The position numbers and the translations under genes were made by a program. DNA of 64,000 nt from an uncultured Syntrophobacter sp. (GTDB taxonomy: Bacteria; Desulfobacterota; Binatia; UBA9968). This document shows positions 38,619-48,406 of this stretch, one piece after another. The notes under the pieces are model-generated. The model searched no databases. It worked only from the letters and a program-made list of their open reading frames with translations, and had not been told where the DNA came from. The stretch spans positions 178 through 64,177 of the forward strand of contig CAZILB010000002.1 in assembly GCA_964539925.1 (NCBI GenBank), given 5' to 3'. Position 1 is the first letter of the stretch; every line of letters starts with the position of its first letter.

Positions 38619-39644
38619 CTAACGCTTGATAAACTGATTGGTGAAAACTTCCTTCGCCGTCACCTTGCGGCCGATATCGAAAAATTCGTTGACGATCCGT
38701 ACAGTTTTCTCCGTGATGTCGGGCCTCATATAGCCCAAGCCCGACTGAATCGACTCCGCCGGCAGGTAGACCTCGTTCAGGGCGTTTCTCAATTGTACCG
38801 TCACCAAGTTCTGGTCCAGTTCCGGCTTGTGTTTGAGGAGAATTTTGAGCGCATCCTCTTGATGATCCCGCGCATAGCGCAAGCCCTCCATGGTCGCCTC
38901 CACGTAGGCGCGCACGAATTCCGGCCGCTTCTTCACGTCGTCCTCTTTCACGACCAAACCCGTGCCGTAGATGTCGAGGCCGGTGTCCTTCATGAAAATC
39001 CGGTTGAGTTTGACTCCCACTTTTCTGGCCGCCAGCTCCGCGATCTCGTCGTTCGAGCCTCGGTACATCACGATAAAATCGGCCTTCTTGGTCGCCAATG
39101 CGGCGGGTTGCAGCGGCGGCGCCGTCTCTTGAATGCGGATCGCTTTGTAGTCGATCTTATTGATGCGGCAGTAAGCCGGCATCAAATACCATTGAGCCTG
39201 CCCCGGACTGATGGCATAAATTTTTCCCTCGAGATCCTTGAGTTGCTTGATGATCGTATCTTCGCGCCACAGGATGGTCGTGGGAACATAGCCAAACTGG
39301 GCCACGGTCTGAATCGGCATACCCCGGGAGCGGGCCACGATCGTCGTCGAAATATCGGCAAAACCGAAGTCGGCGCCGCCGGATCCGATCGTTCGCACCG
39401 TGTCCGCCGAGCCCGTGCTCGACTGTATCGTCACGTTTAAACCTCGCTTGGCATAGAAGCCCCTGTCCAGGGCCACGAACCAGGGCGCGTGCTTACCGCC
39501 GATGATGAAGTCCATACGAATAGTCGCCCGCGTCAGCTGGGCAGCCTGAACGCGCATGCCGCCCAGGAGCATACCCACCGCCAAGAAAACGGCGCCGATC
39601 ATAATAATGCGAATCTTATCAACCGATCTCATGGCTCCCTCCAC
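38619..39644 (-). CDS. ABC transporter substrate-binding protein (NMT1/THI5-like, NitT/TauT family)
   Basis: Signal peptide MRSVDKIRIIMIGAVFLAVGML...AA. Periplasmic-binding-protein type-II fold sequence. Sits between the cognate permease and ATPase genes. Confidence 0.75.
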   Translation of the reverse strand: MEGAMRSVDKIRIIMIGAVFLAVGMLLGGMRVQAAQLTRATIRMDFIIGGKHAPWFVALDRGFYAKRGLNVTIQSSTGSADTVRTIGSGGADFGFADISTTIVARSRGMPIQTVAQFGYVPTTILWREDTIIKQLKDLEGKIYAISPGQAQWYLMPAYCRINKIDYKAIRIQETAPPLQPAALATKKADFIVMYRGSNDEIAELAARKVGVKLNRIFMKDTGLDIYGTGLVVKEDDVKKRPEFVRAYVEATMEGLRYARDHQEDALKILLKHKPELDQNLVTVQLRNALNEVYLPAESIQSGLGYMRPDITEKTVRIVNEFFDIGRKVTAKEVFTNQFIKR

Positions 39645-39655
39645 TCATTGACGTG

Positions 39656-40432
39656 TCAAAAAGATCCTTCCACTTCCCGTACCGCCGCGCTCCAGGGCGC
39701 CAGCTTACGTTGCGCGAGCTCCGCCAACAAGAACAAGCCGAGCGATAACCCCGCCAGAATCAACAGGATCACGAGGGCAAAGGCGGTGTCCAGGCTGTAA
39801 TTTGCCTGGAGAACCAGATAACCGAGGCCCTCGTTGGCGGCGACGAACTCGGCGACGATGGCGCCGGTAACGGAAAGCACAATGGCGACTTTGATGCCGG
39901 CAAACATGTAGGGCAGCGAATTAGGCAGACGGATTTTCTTGAACACGTCGAGGGCCGAGGCGCGGTTGACGCGCGCCAAGTCCAACAGCTCCGGCTCGAC
40001 TTCCTTCAAACCGACCACTGTATTGACGACGATCGGAAAGAACGCCACGAGGAAGGCGATGGCGATTTTCGACATCAGACCGTAGCCGACCCAAATCACC
40101 ATCAAAGGCGCAAAGGCGCTTTTCGGCATGGCGTAAAGGATCACGATCAGCGGATAAATCGTGTTTTGCATGTGGCGCGAATAGACGACGGCGATAGCGA
40201 AGCCCACGCCCAACACCAGGGACAGAGCAAAGCCGCCGAAGGCCTCGATGAAGGTGATCAAAGCGTGGTTGCCGAGGATCGGCAGTTTATTGAAAAACGC
40301 GGTCCAGAGATCGCGCGGGGGCGGCAAAATGAAGGCGGGAACTTGGATCACTTTGACGACAATTTCCCAGAGCACCAAAAGCGCTACGAAAAACAAAACC
40401 GGCTCGGCGATATTTTTCCAGGAAAACTTCAC
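39656..40432 (-). CDS. ABC transporter permease (NitT/TauT family, BPD_transp_1)
   Basis: 6 TM with EAA-like loop (ARVNRASALDVFKKIRLPNSLPYMFAGIK). 258 aa. Confidence 0.85.
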   Translation of the reverse strand: MKFSWKNIAEPVLFFVALLVLWEIVVKVIQVPAFILPPPRDLWTAFFNKLPILGNHALITFIEAFGGFALSLVLGVGFAIAVVYSRHMQNTIYPLIVILYAMPKSAFAPLMVIWVGYGLMSKIAIAFLVAFFPIVVNTVVGLKEVEPELLDLARVNRASALDVFKKIRLPNSLPYMFAGIKVAIVLSVTGAIVAEFVAANEGLGYLVLQANYSLDTAFALVILLILAGLSLGLFLLAELAQRKLAPWSAAVREVEGSF

Positions 40433-40656
40433 GGCAGCACTTCGCAGCCGACGTTAATGGAAAGCTCCCATGGTGTCAAGGAAAGCGCGAAATTCGCATT
40501 CCCGCGAACTGGCAAAGCGTCTCAATTCTTTGAGCCTGACAAACAGGTCCAGATCCAAGGCGCGCTTAGGGTCCGCGCGCGCGACGAGGTACTCTTATTG
40601 TACGATCGAGCGAGCGAATCAAGCGCAACGAAACAGGTGGGTCTTTTTCATCAGGC

Positions 40657-41817
40657 TCAAGGTTCTTCCTGGTCGCGTTTGAGCTGGCTGTGGTGGAGCA
40701 GCATCTCGCGCTTTTGCTGGATCATCTCCCGTTCTTGACGGAGAAAGCGTTCCACGGCGCGGCGAAATTTGCCGTCGACGATATAATGAACGCTGGTCGT
40801 GTGCTCCGGATCCAGGCCGCGCAGTTGCTTGAAACTGCCGCCCGCGCCGGCTTCGAAACGCCGCAAACCCGTGCGGATCGAATGCTCGATGGCGGAGTAA
40901 TAACAGACGTTAAAGTGCAAAAACGGGTGTTCTTCGAAAGCTCCCCAGTACCGGCCGTAAAGAGCGATATCGTCGCGCACGTTAAACGTGCCGGCGATGG
41001 TCTTGCCGTCACGCTCGGCGAGGATCAGGCATAAGTGGCCGGCGAAGCGCCGGTGCAACTCGTCGAAAAACCGCTGGGTCAGATACTGCCGACCGTAATA
41101 GAGCCGGTCAATGTGCCCCGTGTAGAGGCGAAACATAGTACGCACTTGATTCTGCGTCAGCTCCTCGCCTTCGTAGGCACGGATGGCAATACCCCGTTTG
41201 GCCATTTCGCGCCGCTCGCGCTTGACCTTGTTGCGGCGGTCGCTGCGGAAGCTGTGGAGATAATCGTCAAAAGAGCTAAAGCCCCGATTTTGCCAGTGGT
41301 ATTGGATGCCCATGCGCGGGAGAAAACCCACCCGCTCGAGCGTCTCTCGCTCGTCATCGAGGCAAAAGTTGACGTGAACCGATGAGATCTTGTTGTCGGC
41401 GGCAATCTTGGCCATGGCCTGTCCCATAAAGCCTATGAGCTCGGCGCGGTCCTCGCCCGGAGCGGTCAGGAAACGATGGCCGGTCGCGGGCGTAAATGGC
41501 ACCCCCACCAACATCTTGGGATAATAGGAAATACCCGCATGGTGCGCCGCTTGCGCCCATTCATAGTCGAACACGAACTCGCCCATGCTGTGGAGCTTTA
41601 GATACATCGGACATGCCGCCACCATGACACCGCCCTTTTCGACCACGATATGATGCGGCAGCCAGCCCGTTTGCTCGTTGACACAACCGGATTGTTCCAG
41701 GCAATCCAACCAGTCCCACTTCAAAAACGGCGATGTGTTATCGATTAGCAGATCCCAGCGTTCGCGCTCCACGTCGCACATGCGGCGTAGGATCTTTAAC
41801 GCTACTTGATCGGACAT
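40657..41817 (-). CDS. DUF482/FemAB-like (GNAT-fold, PF04339) family protein
   Basis: 386 aa. N-terminal WDWLDCLEQSGCV..GW.PHHI and the central/C-terminal pattern match the BioF2-like/peptidoglycan-bridge acyltransferase-like DUF482 family. Confidence 0.65.
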   Translation of the reverse strand: MSDQVALKILRRMCDVERERWDLLIDNTSPFLKWDWLDCLEQSGCVNEQTGWLPHHIVVEKGGVMVAACPMYLKLHSMGEFVFDYEWAQAAHHAGISYYPKMLVGVPFTPATGHRFLTAPGEDRAELIGFMGQAMAKIAADNKISSVHVNFCLDDERETLERVGFLPRMGIQYHWQNRGFSSFDDYLHSFRSDRRNKVKRERREMAKRGIAIRAYEGEELTQNQVRTMFRLYTGHIDRLYYGRQYLTQRFFDELHRRFAGHLCLILAERDGKTIAGTFNVRDDIALYGRYWGAFEEHPFLHFNVCYYSAIEHSIRTGLRRFEAGAGGSFKQLRGLDPEHTTSVHYIVDGKFRRAVERFLRQEREMIQQKREMLLHHSQLKRDQEEP

Positions 41818-41983
41818 GGCGCCATCCTATCACGAGTGCGGGTCGCAGCAAACTTTTTGGGCCATCAGGGAGGCTTGGCCGGGGTTGGCCCTATGGTTTC
41901 AAATCCAGGTTCAAAGGCGGCTTTCATGCACCCTTGACAACGAGTAGGCGGAGCCTTAAACCTTAACCACGTAGGGAAATTCC

Positions 41984-42427
41984 ATGGTCGTCTATAATCT
42001 CCGCTGCAAAAAAAAACACAGTTTCGAGGGCTGGTTTCCGAGCTTTGAGGACTTTCAGAAGCAAGCCGAGAAAATGCTCATCTCCTGCCCCTCCTGCGGC
42101 ACGACCAAAGTCGAGAAAGTGCCGCATGCTTGTGCCGTACATGTAAAAAAGGACCCTCCGGCGCTTCGCGCCACGAGGCCTGAGCCGCCCGCCGCGGCTT
42201 CGCCGCCAGCCGCCGAGTTCAAAGAGATGCTGATTCGCATCCACCACTACGTCAAGGAAAATTTCGAAGACGTGGGCTCCCGATTTGCCGAAGAAGCGAA
42301 GCAAATTCACAAGGGCGAAGCTGAAGAGCGCCCGATCCACGGCACGGCCACTGTCAAAGAAGCCACGGAATTGGTGGAGGAAGGCGTGCCGTTTATTCCC
42401 CTGCCGAAACCGGAGCTCGACAGCTAG
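41984..42427 (+). CDS. DUF1178 family protein
   Basis: MVVYNLRCKKKHSFEGWFPSFEDFQKQAEKMLISCPSCGTTKV is the conserved DUF1178 N-terminus with CxxC...CPxCG zinc-binding pattern. 147 aa. Confidence 0.65.
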   Translation: MVVYNLRCKKKHSFEGWFPSFEDFQKQAEKMLISCPSCGTTKVEKVPHACAVHVKKDPPALRATRPEPPAAASPPAAEFKEMLIRIHHYVKENFEDVGSRFAEEAKQIHKGEAEERPIHGTATVKEATELVEEGVPFIPLPKPELDS

Positions 42428-42557
42428 CTGGAAGTTTCTCGCGATCGAGCAGCCCATATCACCGGTGCCGCCGAAAGGCGGCATTTTTGTTTTGCCGGTC
42501 CTTGCAATCGGCGTCCCGTTGCGAAATAAAATCATCCCTGCTTCGCTGGGAGGCGAC

Positions 42558-43640
42558 ATGCTGCTTATCAATAACGAAACCGTCGAAAAAATTCTCGATA
42601 TCAAGGGCTGCATGGAGGCCCTCGAAATCGGTTATCGCGACCTCATCCAAGAGCGCGCCAACTACCGCGGCCGCTACGATTTTTTCGTGCCCAACGACGA
42701 TCCCAGGCTGATGTACCGCTGGGGCACCATGGAGGGCGCTTCGCGCTCCTTCGAGACCATGGCGATCCGCATGAAATCGGACATGCTCGAATGGCCGGAA
42801 GGCAAGACCGTCGAAAAGTATTGCGTCGAACCGGGGACGTTTTGCGGTATCGTCATGGTTTTTTCCACGCGCAATGGCGAGCCGCTGGCGATCATCAATG
42901 ACGGCATCATCCAGCATATGCGCGTCGGCGGCTGCGCCGGACTCGGCGCCAAATACCTCTCCCGCGAAGACTCGAGTGTCATCGGCATATTCGGCTCGGG
43001 GGGCATGGCGCGCACCTACTTGCTCGCCTTCCACGAAGTGAGAAAGATTCGCGAAGTTCGCGTCTACAGCCCGAACCAGAAAAATCGCGAAACGTACGCC
43101 CACGAAATGAGCGAAATGCTCGGAGTTAAAATTGTCCCCGTGGCGGGTCCGCGCGATGTCGTGCGCGATGCAGACATTGTGGCCACCTGCACCGATTCAA
43201 TCCGGGTCGTCGTCAGCGACTGGTCTTGGATCGAAGCCGGCATGCATCTCACCTGCGTCAAGGCCAACGAGTGGAGTCCGGAGATCGTTGACAAAGCCGA
43301 CCTGGTGATCAAAATGGGACGTCCGACCTTGAACCTCGACGTCGGGCAAATCCGTATCGGCGCGGAGGCTGCCGTCGTCGCCGGCAACGCTGAGGAAATC
43401 AAGCGTATCGCCAACCCCAAGGTCGATATTTTTTCCCGGGAGTTTCCCCTGCTCACCGACATCATGTCTGGAAAGCTCAAAGGACGAACCCATCGAAACC
43501 AGGTGACGTTTTTCGCCAACAGCGGCACTCAGGGCCTGCAATTCGCCTCCACCGCCGGCTACGTCGTGCGCGAGGCCAAACGTCGGGGGCTCGGCCAGGA
43601 AATCCCCACGAGCTGGTTTTTGCAGGATATCCGCGATTAA
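42558..43640 (+). CDS. ornithine cyclodeaminase/mu-crystallin family protein
   Basis: Rossmann segment GIFGSGGMARTYL, family-typical N-terminal and C-terminal regions. Start at MLLINNETVEKIL with GGGAGG RBS. The upstream part of the 451-aa ORF is not coding. Confidence 0.8.
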   Translation: MLLINNETVEKILDIKGCMEALEIGYRDLIQERANYRGRYDFFVPNDDPRLMYRWGTMEGASRSFETMAIRMKSDMLEWPEGKTVEKYCVEPGTFCGIVMVFSTRNGEPLAIINDGIIQHMRVGGCAGLGAKYLSREDSSVIGIFGSGGMARTYLLAFHEVRKIREVRVYSPNQKNRETYAHEMSEMLGVKIVPVAGPRDVVRDADIVATCTDSIRVVVSDWSWIEAGMHLTCVKANEWSPEIVDKADLVIKMGRPTLNLDVGQIRIGAEAAVVAGNAEEIKRIANPKVDIFSREFPLLTDIMSGKLKGRTHRNQVTFFANSGTQGLQFASTAGYVVREAKRRGLGQEIPTSWFLQDIRD

Positions 43641-43711
43641 CACCTGGGGAGCCGGAGCGCTGTTCCGCCGGATCGAGGGGAACCGGTTGTCGAGAGGTGC
43701 GGATTGCAAAC

Positions 43712-44689
43712 ATGGCTGAAACTTCCATCTTGACCTCAACTGAAGCGGCACGCCGCATGCGGGAAGCCGTCCACGGCAAAGCGGTAAACTTCTATGCGAT
43801 GTACTCGAGCGTGCTCGGGGGCATCGTCACCAATCCGGCATTTATGGTTTTGCCGCTGGACGATCATATGGTGCACCGGGGCCACGCCGTTTTTGACACC
43901 GCTACGCTGACCGGCGGCATGCTCTATCAACTCGACCCGCATTTGGATCGGTTAATGCGCTCGGCCGAGGGCGCGCGCATCCCCTTGCCCTTTCCGCGCG
44001 AGCGGCTGCGTCAAATTATTCTGGAAACCGCGGCGGCGAGCCGGCGCCGCGAGGCGTCCGTGCGCTACTGGCTTTCCGCCGGTCCCGGCGGCTTCGCCCT
44101 CGGCCCGGCGGAGTGCGTCGGCAGCAGCTTCTATGTCATCATTTTCAAGCCGGAGGCTTATCCGGAAAGCTACTACCAACAGGGCATCAAGCTCATCACC
44201 AGCCAGGTGCCGATTAAACCGCCCCTGTTCGCCCGCATCAAATCAACCAATTATCTGCCCAACGTGCTGGTCGTTCTGGAAGCCAAAGACCGCGGCGCCG
44301 ACAACGGGGTTTTCATCGACCAGCGCGGCAATGTAGCGGAAAGCTCCAACATGAACATCGCGTTTGTTACCAAGGACCGGTTGTTTCGCCACCCACCCTT
44401 CGAGGCGATCCTTTCGGGCATCACCATCCAGCGCGTGCTCGAGTTCACCCAACGGCTCGTAACCCAAGGCGCTCTACGCGCCGTCCGACTCGCCGATATT
44501 CCGGTCGCGGAAGGACGCGGCGCGGCCGAAATGATGCTGATCGGCAGCTCGATCAAAATCGCGCCGGTGGTCGAGTGGGATGGTCAAAAAATCGGCGACG
44601 GCAAACCCGGTCCGATCGCCATGAAGCTTTTGGAAATGTGGAACGAAGACGCGCAATCGGCGACGGACCAACTCGTTCCCGTGCCCTAA
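43712..44689 (+). CDS. aminotransferase class IV (branched-chain/D-amino-acid aminotransferase fold)
   Basis: Fold-type IV PLP motifs (FDTATLTGG, EAKDRGADNGVFID, ESSNMNIAFV, GITIQRV). About 325 aa from MAETSIL. Confidence 0.8.
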   Translation: MAETSILTSTEAARRMREAVHGKAVNFYAMYSSVLGGIVTNPAFMVLPLDDHMVHRGHAVFDTATLTGGMLYQLDPHLDRLMRSAEGARIPLPFPRERLRQIILETAAASRRREASVRYWLSAGPGGFALGPAECVGSSFYVIIFKPEAYPESYYQQGIKLITSQVPIKPPLFARIKSTNYLPNVLVVLEAKDRGADNGVFIDQRGNVAESSNMNIAFVTKDRLFRHPPFEAILSGITIQRVLEFTQRLVTQGALRAVRLADIPVAEGRGAAEMMLIGSSIKIAPVVEWDGQKIGDGKPGPIAMKLLEMWNEDAQSATDQLVPVP

Positions 44690-44970
44690 AAAGACGCAGT
44701 CTAAAACCGCTCGCGTGCGGCCTTTAGACCGTTTCCCCCTGCGGCGGGCCGAAGGCCCGGACAAATGATTCTTGGGTAAAAGAGTGTGCCGCTATAGCGG
44801 AAATCACCTGGATGTCATCCTGAGCGCCAGCGAAGGATTTGCTTTTGTCCAGCCGATTTTGACTAATTATTCTTACGGTTGAACCGAAGTAGCGAGCTGG
44901 AGCGGATTCTGCGGCCCCGTCTCAAAATACCATTACGACAGAGTCTTAATAGGCGGCGTAACTGCTTCCT

Positions 44971-45750
44971 TCAACTCGCCGCCAGTTGCGCAAACCGTTT
45001 TTGCATCGTCTCAATTCTTTTGAGGTAGCCCTGCAAAGCATGAGTTCCACAACGCTCGCCCGGCGTGACCCGAAAGCCGCGCGCAGCGAAGGCCTCTCCT
45101 CTCCTCGGACCGCACAGGTGAATCACTGCCGCAAGTCTTTGCTTTTGCGCCAGGCTCACCCTGGACTTCGAACGAACAGCCAGAGTTTCGACCACGCGCT
45201 GGTGCAGGTATGCCGCGGTCATCTCGACCGCATGGCTCGGTAGGATTCGTGTATAGAGGCTATTGAACCAGCAAGAGTTCGGATCATGCCAGGGACCTTC
45301 CCCGACAACGGTGTGGCTGCGGATACAATACTTCCGCGCCTCGGCGAACGTGCCGTCGGTGATTTGAAACATCCCCAGCGCGCTGGAGGCCGGACGATAG
45401 ATTTCAAAAGGGTTCCGCGACCACCGCCAGCGCCAGTAGGTGCGCGCCAAGGGATTTCCGTCGCTCTCGACCTGAGCCAACGCGGCGAGGAATTCCGCCG
45501 AGATGATGCTTGTCGAATGCTTCTCGAATAGCGCCCCGTAACTCTGCCAGGTTGACACGGGACTCTTCGATAAGGAGCCGCTGAGCGGCGCTAAGATCTC
45601 CCCGGGCTTGCGCACGACCTGATAGACCAGGTTAACCGCGAAGAACCCGGAGATTCCCAAAACGCTCCACCACAAAATCGCGCTTTTCCAACGGAGCCTT
45701 TTGGACTTCCGCGTAAAATATCGAACACTGTTATAAACGATAGCCGTCAC
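44971..45750 (-). CDS. lytic transglycosylase (SLT-domain) protein, N-terminally membrane anchored
   Basis: N-terminal TM (AILWWSVLGISGFFAVNLV). SLT motifs AQVESDGNPLA (catalytic Glu) and GMFQITDGT. Confidence 0.7.
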   Translation of the reverse strand: MTAIVYNSVRYFTRKSKRLRWKSAILWWSVLGISGFFAVNLVYQVVRKPGEILAPLSGSLSKSPVSTWQSYGALFEKHSTSIISAEFLAALAQVESDGNPLARTYWRWRWSRNPFEIYRPASSALGMFQITDGTFAEARKYCIRSHTVVGEGPWHDPNSCWFNSLYTRILPSHAVEMTAAYLHQRVVETLAVRSKSRVSLAQKQRLAAVIHLCGPRRGEAFAARGFRVTPGERCGTHALQGYLKRIETMQKRFAQLAAS

Positions 45751-45808
45751 GTAAAAAGATCAACATCCCGGTCGTCTCGTGGAAAAGCCGATTATAGAAG
45801 TTATCGGG

Positions 45809-46297
45809 TTAATTGTCCTTCGCATGCTCCCGGCACCTCACGAAATTTACCATCTTCATGCTCATCACGACTTCCTTTTTTTGATTGAGCACTTCGATAA
45901 AAGTGCGGACGATACCGCGGTCGGGGCGGGACTCGGAACGGCGGGCTTCCAGGACCGTGGCGCGCACGGAGAGTTCGTCACCGGGAAAGACGGGTTTGTC
46001 CCAGCGCAGTTCATCGCCGCCGGGGGAACCGAGATTGGCGACCGTGGAGAGGTAGTTCTCGCTGTAGAGGCGCATCATGAGCGCCGCGGTTTGCCAGCCG
46101 CTGGCAATCAGGCCGCCGTAGATGCTTTTTTTCGCCGCTTCCTTCTCGACATGGTAAGAAAGCGGGACGTAGCGTCTGCCGAATTCGAGCACTTCTTGCT
46201 CATCGACTGCGATGGAGCCGAATTCGTGCACACTCCCGGGAACGTAATCTTCGAAGTAACGGTCCTCTGGAGCATGGGCGAAGTTGCTGCTGTTCAT
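45809..46297 (-). CDS. MaoC-family (hot-dog fold) dehydratase
   Basis: 162 aa with hot-dog hydratase motif region (GGLIASGWQTAALMMRL ... VFPGDEL). Confidence 0.8.
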   Translation of the reverse strand: MNSSNFAHAPEDRYFEDYVPGSVHEFGSIAVDEQEVLEFGRRYVPLSYHVEKEAAKKSIYGGLIASGWQTAALMMRLYSENYLSTVANLGSPGGDELRWDKPVFPGDELSVRATVLEARRSESRPDRGIVRTFIEVLNQKKEVVMSMKMVNFVRCREHAKDN

Positions 46298-46320
46298 GTT
46301 CTCACTCGTTGCTGAAATTT

Positions 46321-46956
46321 CTATTGCTGTTGGCTGGCTTGTCGCTGAGCCAAGATACGTCTCACCTTGCTCGGCATGTCATCGGCCTTCAGAATATCGC
46401 TAATAACCGCCACCGAGTCGGCGCCGACTTGCCATACCCGTTGGACGTTTTGCTCAGTAATTCCGCCGATGGCAACGATGGGCAATTTCACGGCACTGCG
46501 AATTTGCCGAAGCATATCGGCGCCGCGGGCGGTGTAGCCGGTGTCTTTCGTCGCCGTGCCGAACATGGGACCGAAGCCGATATAATCGGCGCCATTGCGC
46601 TCAGCTTCTTGGGCCTGCTCCAGATCGTGGGTTGAGATCCCGATGATTTTCTTGCCCATGAGTTGTTTGCCGGCAACCAACGGCAAGTCGTCTTGGCCTA
46701 AATGGACGCCGTCGGCGTCGCACGCCAAAGCAATGTCCACCCGGTCGTTGACGATCAGCTTGCAACCGCGGCTTTGGGTCGCGGCGCGCGCCTGGCGCGC
46801 CAGGTCGAGAAAGTCTCTTGGCGTGAGTGCTTTGACGCGCAATTGGAGCATGGTCACGCCGCCGTCGAGTAAATCGCTGAGCACGGCCCCGGCGGCGCGG
46901 CCTTGGGTTTGCTCCGGGTCGAGGACGCCATACAGCGGCGGCAGATTGAACGTCAT
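46321..46956 (-). CDS. thiE: thiamine-phosphate synthase
   Basis: TMP-TENI motifs (YGVLD, MLQLRVK, LIVNDRVDIA, GVHLGQDD, GISTH, DYIGFGPMF, VAIGGI). 211 aa. Confidence 0.9.
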   Translation of the reverse strand: MTFNLPPLYGVLDPEQTQGRAAGAVLSDLLDGGVTMLQLRVKALTPRDFLDLARQARAATQSRGCKLIVNDRVDIALACDADGVHLGQDDLPLVAGKQLMGKKIIGISTHDLEQAQEAERNGADYIGFGPMFGTATKDTGYTARGADMLRQIRSAVKLPIVAIGGITEQNVQRVWQVGADSVAVISDILKADDMPSKVRRILAQRQASQQQ

Positions 46957-46963
46957 TGACGGA

Positions 46964-48406
46964 CTAACTTTCTTTCTTGAGGTCGATATGCAGATCGGTG
47001 ATCTTTTTCCGCAGCGTGTTGCGGTTGATGCCGAGGAGTTGCGCCGCGCGAATCTGGTTGCCGCGGGTTTTTTTCAAGGTGAGCTCCAGCAGCGGTCGCT
47101 CCACCCGCTCGATCACCAGGGAGTAAAGGTTATCCACGTCGACGCCTTCGGTGCGCCGAAAATAATCTACGAGCTTATGGCGGATGATCTCTTCGAGGGA
47201 GAGCTGGTCTACTTCCAGAGAGGTGGCCGCCGGTTTGTTTTGCAGCGTGAAATCCTTGGGAAAGAGAATCGGTCCGGAAGACAGCACCGCGGCGCGGATG
47301 AGCGTATTTTCTAGCTCGCGAACGTTGCCGGGCCAGGAATGGTCTTCGAGAATTTTCTGCGCTTCCGGCGATACGCCGGAAATTTGCAGGCCCATCTCGC
47401 GGTTTATTTTGTCGAGAAAATAGCCGATCAAAAGCGGGATATCGCCCCGCCGCTCGCGCAGCGGCGGCAGGTAGATCGGAATGACCTTCAGGCGGAAGTA
47501 GAGATCTTCGCGAAAGCGTTTTTCCTTGACGGCTTTATCCAAATCCTGATTGGTGGCGGCGAGGATGCGCACGTCGGCCTTCAGGATTTCACGACCGCCG
47601 ACGCGACTGTACTCGTGGTCCTGGAGTACCCGCAGCAGTTTGGTCTGGAGATCCAGGGGAATATCGCCCACCTCGTCGAGAAAAAGCGTGCCCCCTTCAG
47701 CCAGCTCGAACTTGCCCAGGCGCCGATCGAGGGCGCCGGTAAAGGCTCCCCTCTCGTGGCCGAAAAGCTCGCTTTCCAGCAGGTCGCGCGGGATTGCCGC
47801 ACAATTGATCGCAATGAAGGGCTGGTTCCAGCGCGGTGAGTTGTAGTGAATGGTCTTGGCGACCAGCTCCTTGCCGGTACCGCTCTCGCCGAGGATGAGA
47901 ATCGTCGCCAGCGTGTCGACCACCTGGCCGATGGTCTTATAGACCGTCTGCATGCTCGAGCTAGTGCCGATGATGTTGACCCCCGGTTCGAAACGCTTTT
48001 TAATTTCTTCTTTGAGTTCGCGAAAATCGCGGCTCAATTTGCGGCTATCGACGGCGCGTTTGACGAGGACGAGAGCCTCGTCCAGATCGAAAGGCTTCGT
48101 AATGTAGTCGAAGGCGCCGTTCTTCATCGCCCCGATGGCATTGCGCATGGTATTCTGCGCCGTCATGACGATGGTCGCGATATCGACGCCGCCGTCCTTG
48201 AACTCTTTGAGCAACTCCAAGCCGTCCACGTCGGGCAGCTTGATATCCATCAGGGCGACATCGAATTGACTGTTTTTCACGGCCAACCGGCCCGACTCGC
48301 CGGTGCCGGCGGTTTGAACCCAATAACCATCATCCTCCAGTGCTTTTTGCAGCACTCGGCGCAGAGAATCCTCGTCCTCAATTATAAGAATTTTTCCCTG
48401 GTTCAT
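46964..48406 (-). CDS. sigma-54-dependent response regulator (NtrC family: REC - AAA+ - Fis HTH)
   Basis: Receiver (ILIIEDE...[14 protein letters not shown]), sigma-54 activator Walker [15 protein letters not shown] motif, C-terminal HTH ([20 protein letters not shown]). Confidence 0.9.
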   Translation of the reverse strand: MNQGKILIIEDEDSLRRVLQKALEDDGYWVQTAGTGESGRLAVKNSQFDVALMDIKLPDVDGLELLKEFKDGGVDIATIVMTAQNTMRNAIGAMKNGAFDYITKPFDLDEALVLVKRAVDSRKLSRDFRELKEEIKKRFEPGVNIIGTSSSMQTVYKTIGQVVDTLATILILGESGTGKELVAKTIHYNSPRWNQPFIAINCAAIPRDLLESELFGHERGAFTGALDRRLGKFELAEGGTLFLDEVGDIPLDLQTKLLRVLQDHEYSRVGGREILKADVRILAATNQDLDKAVKEKRFREDLYFRLKVIPIYLPPLRERRGDIPLLIGYFLDKINREMGLQISGVSPEAQKILEDHSWPGNVRELENTLIRAAVLSSGPILFPKDFTLQNKPAATSLEVDQLSLEEIIRHKLVDYFRRTEGVDVDNLYSLVIERVERPLLELTLKKTRGNQIRAAQLLGINRNTLRKKITDLHIDLKKES

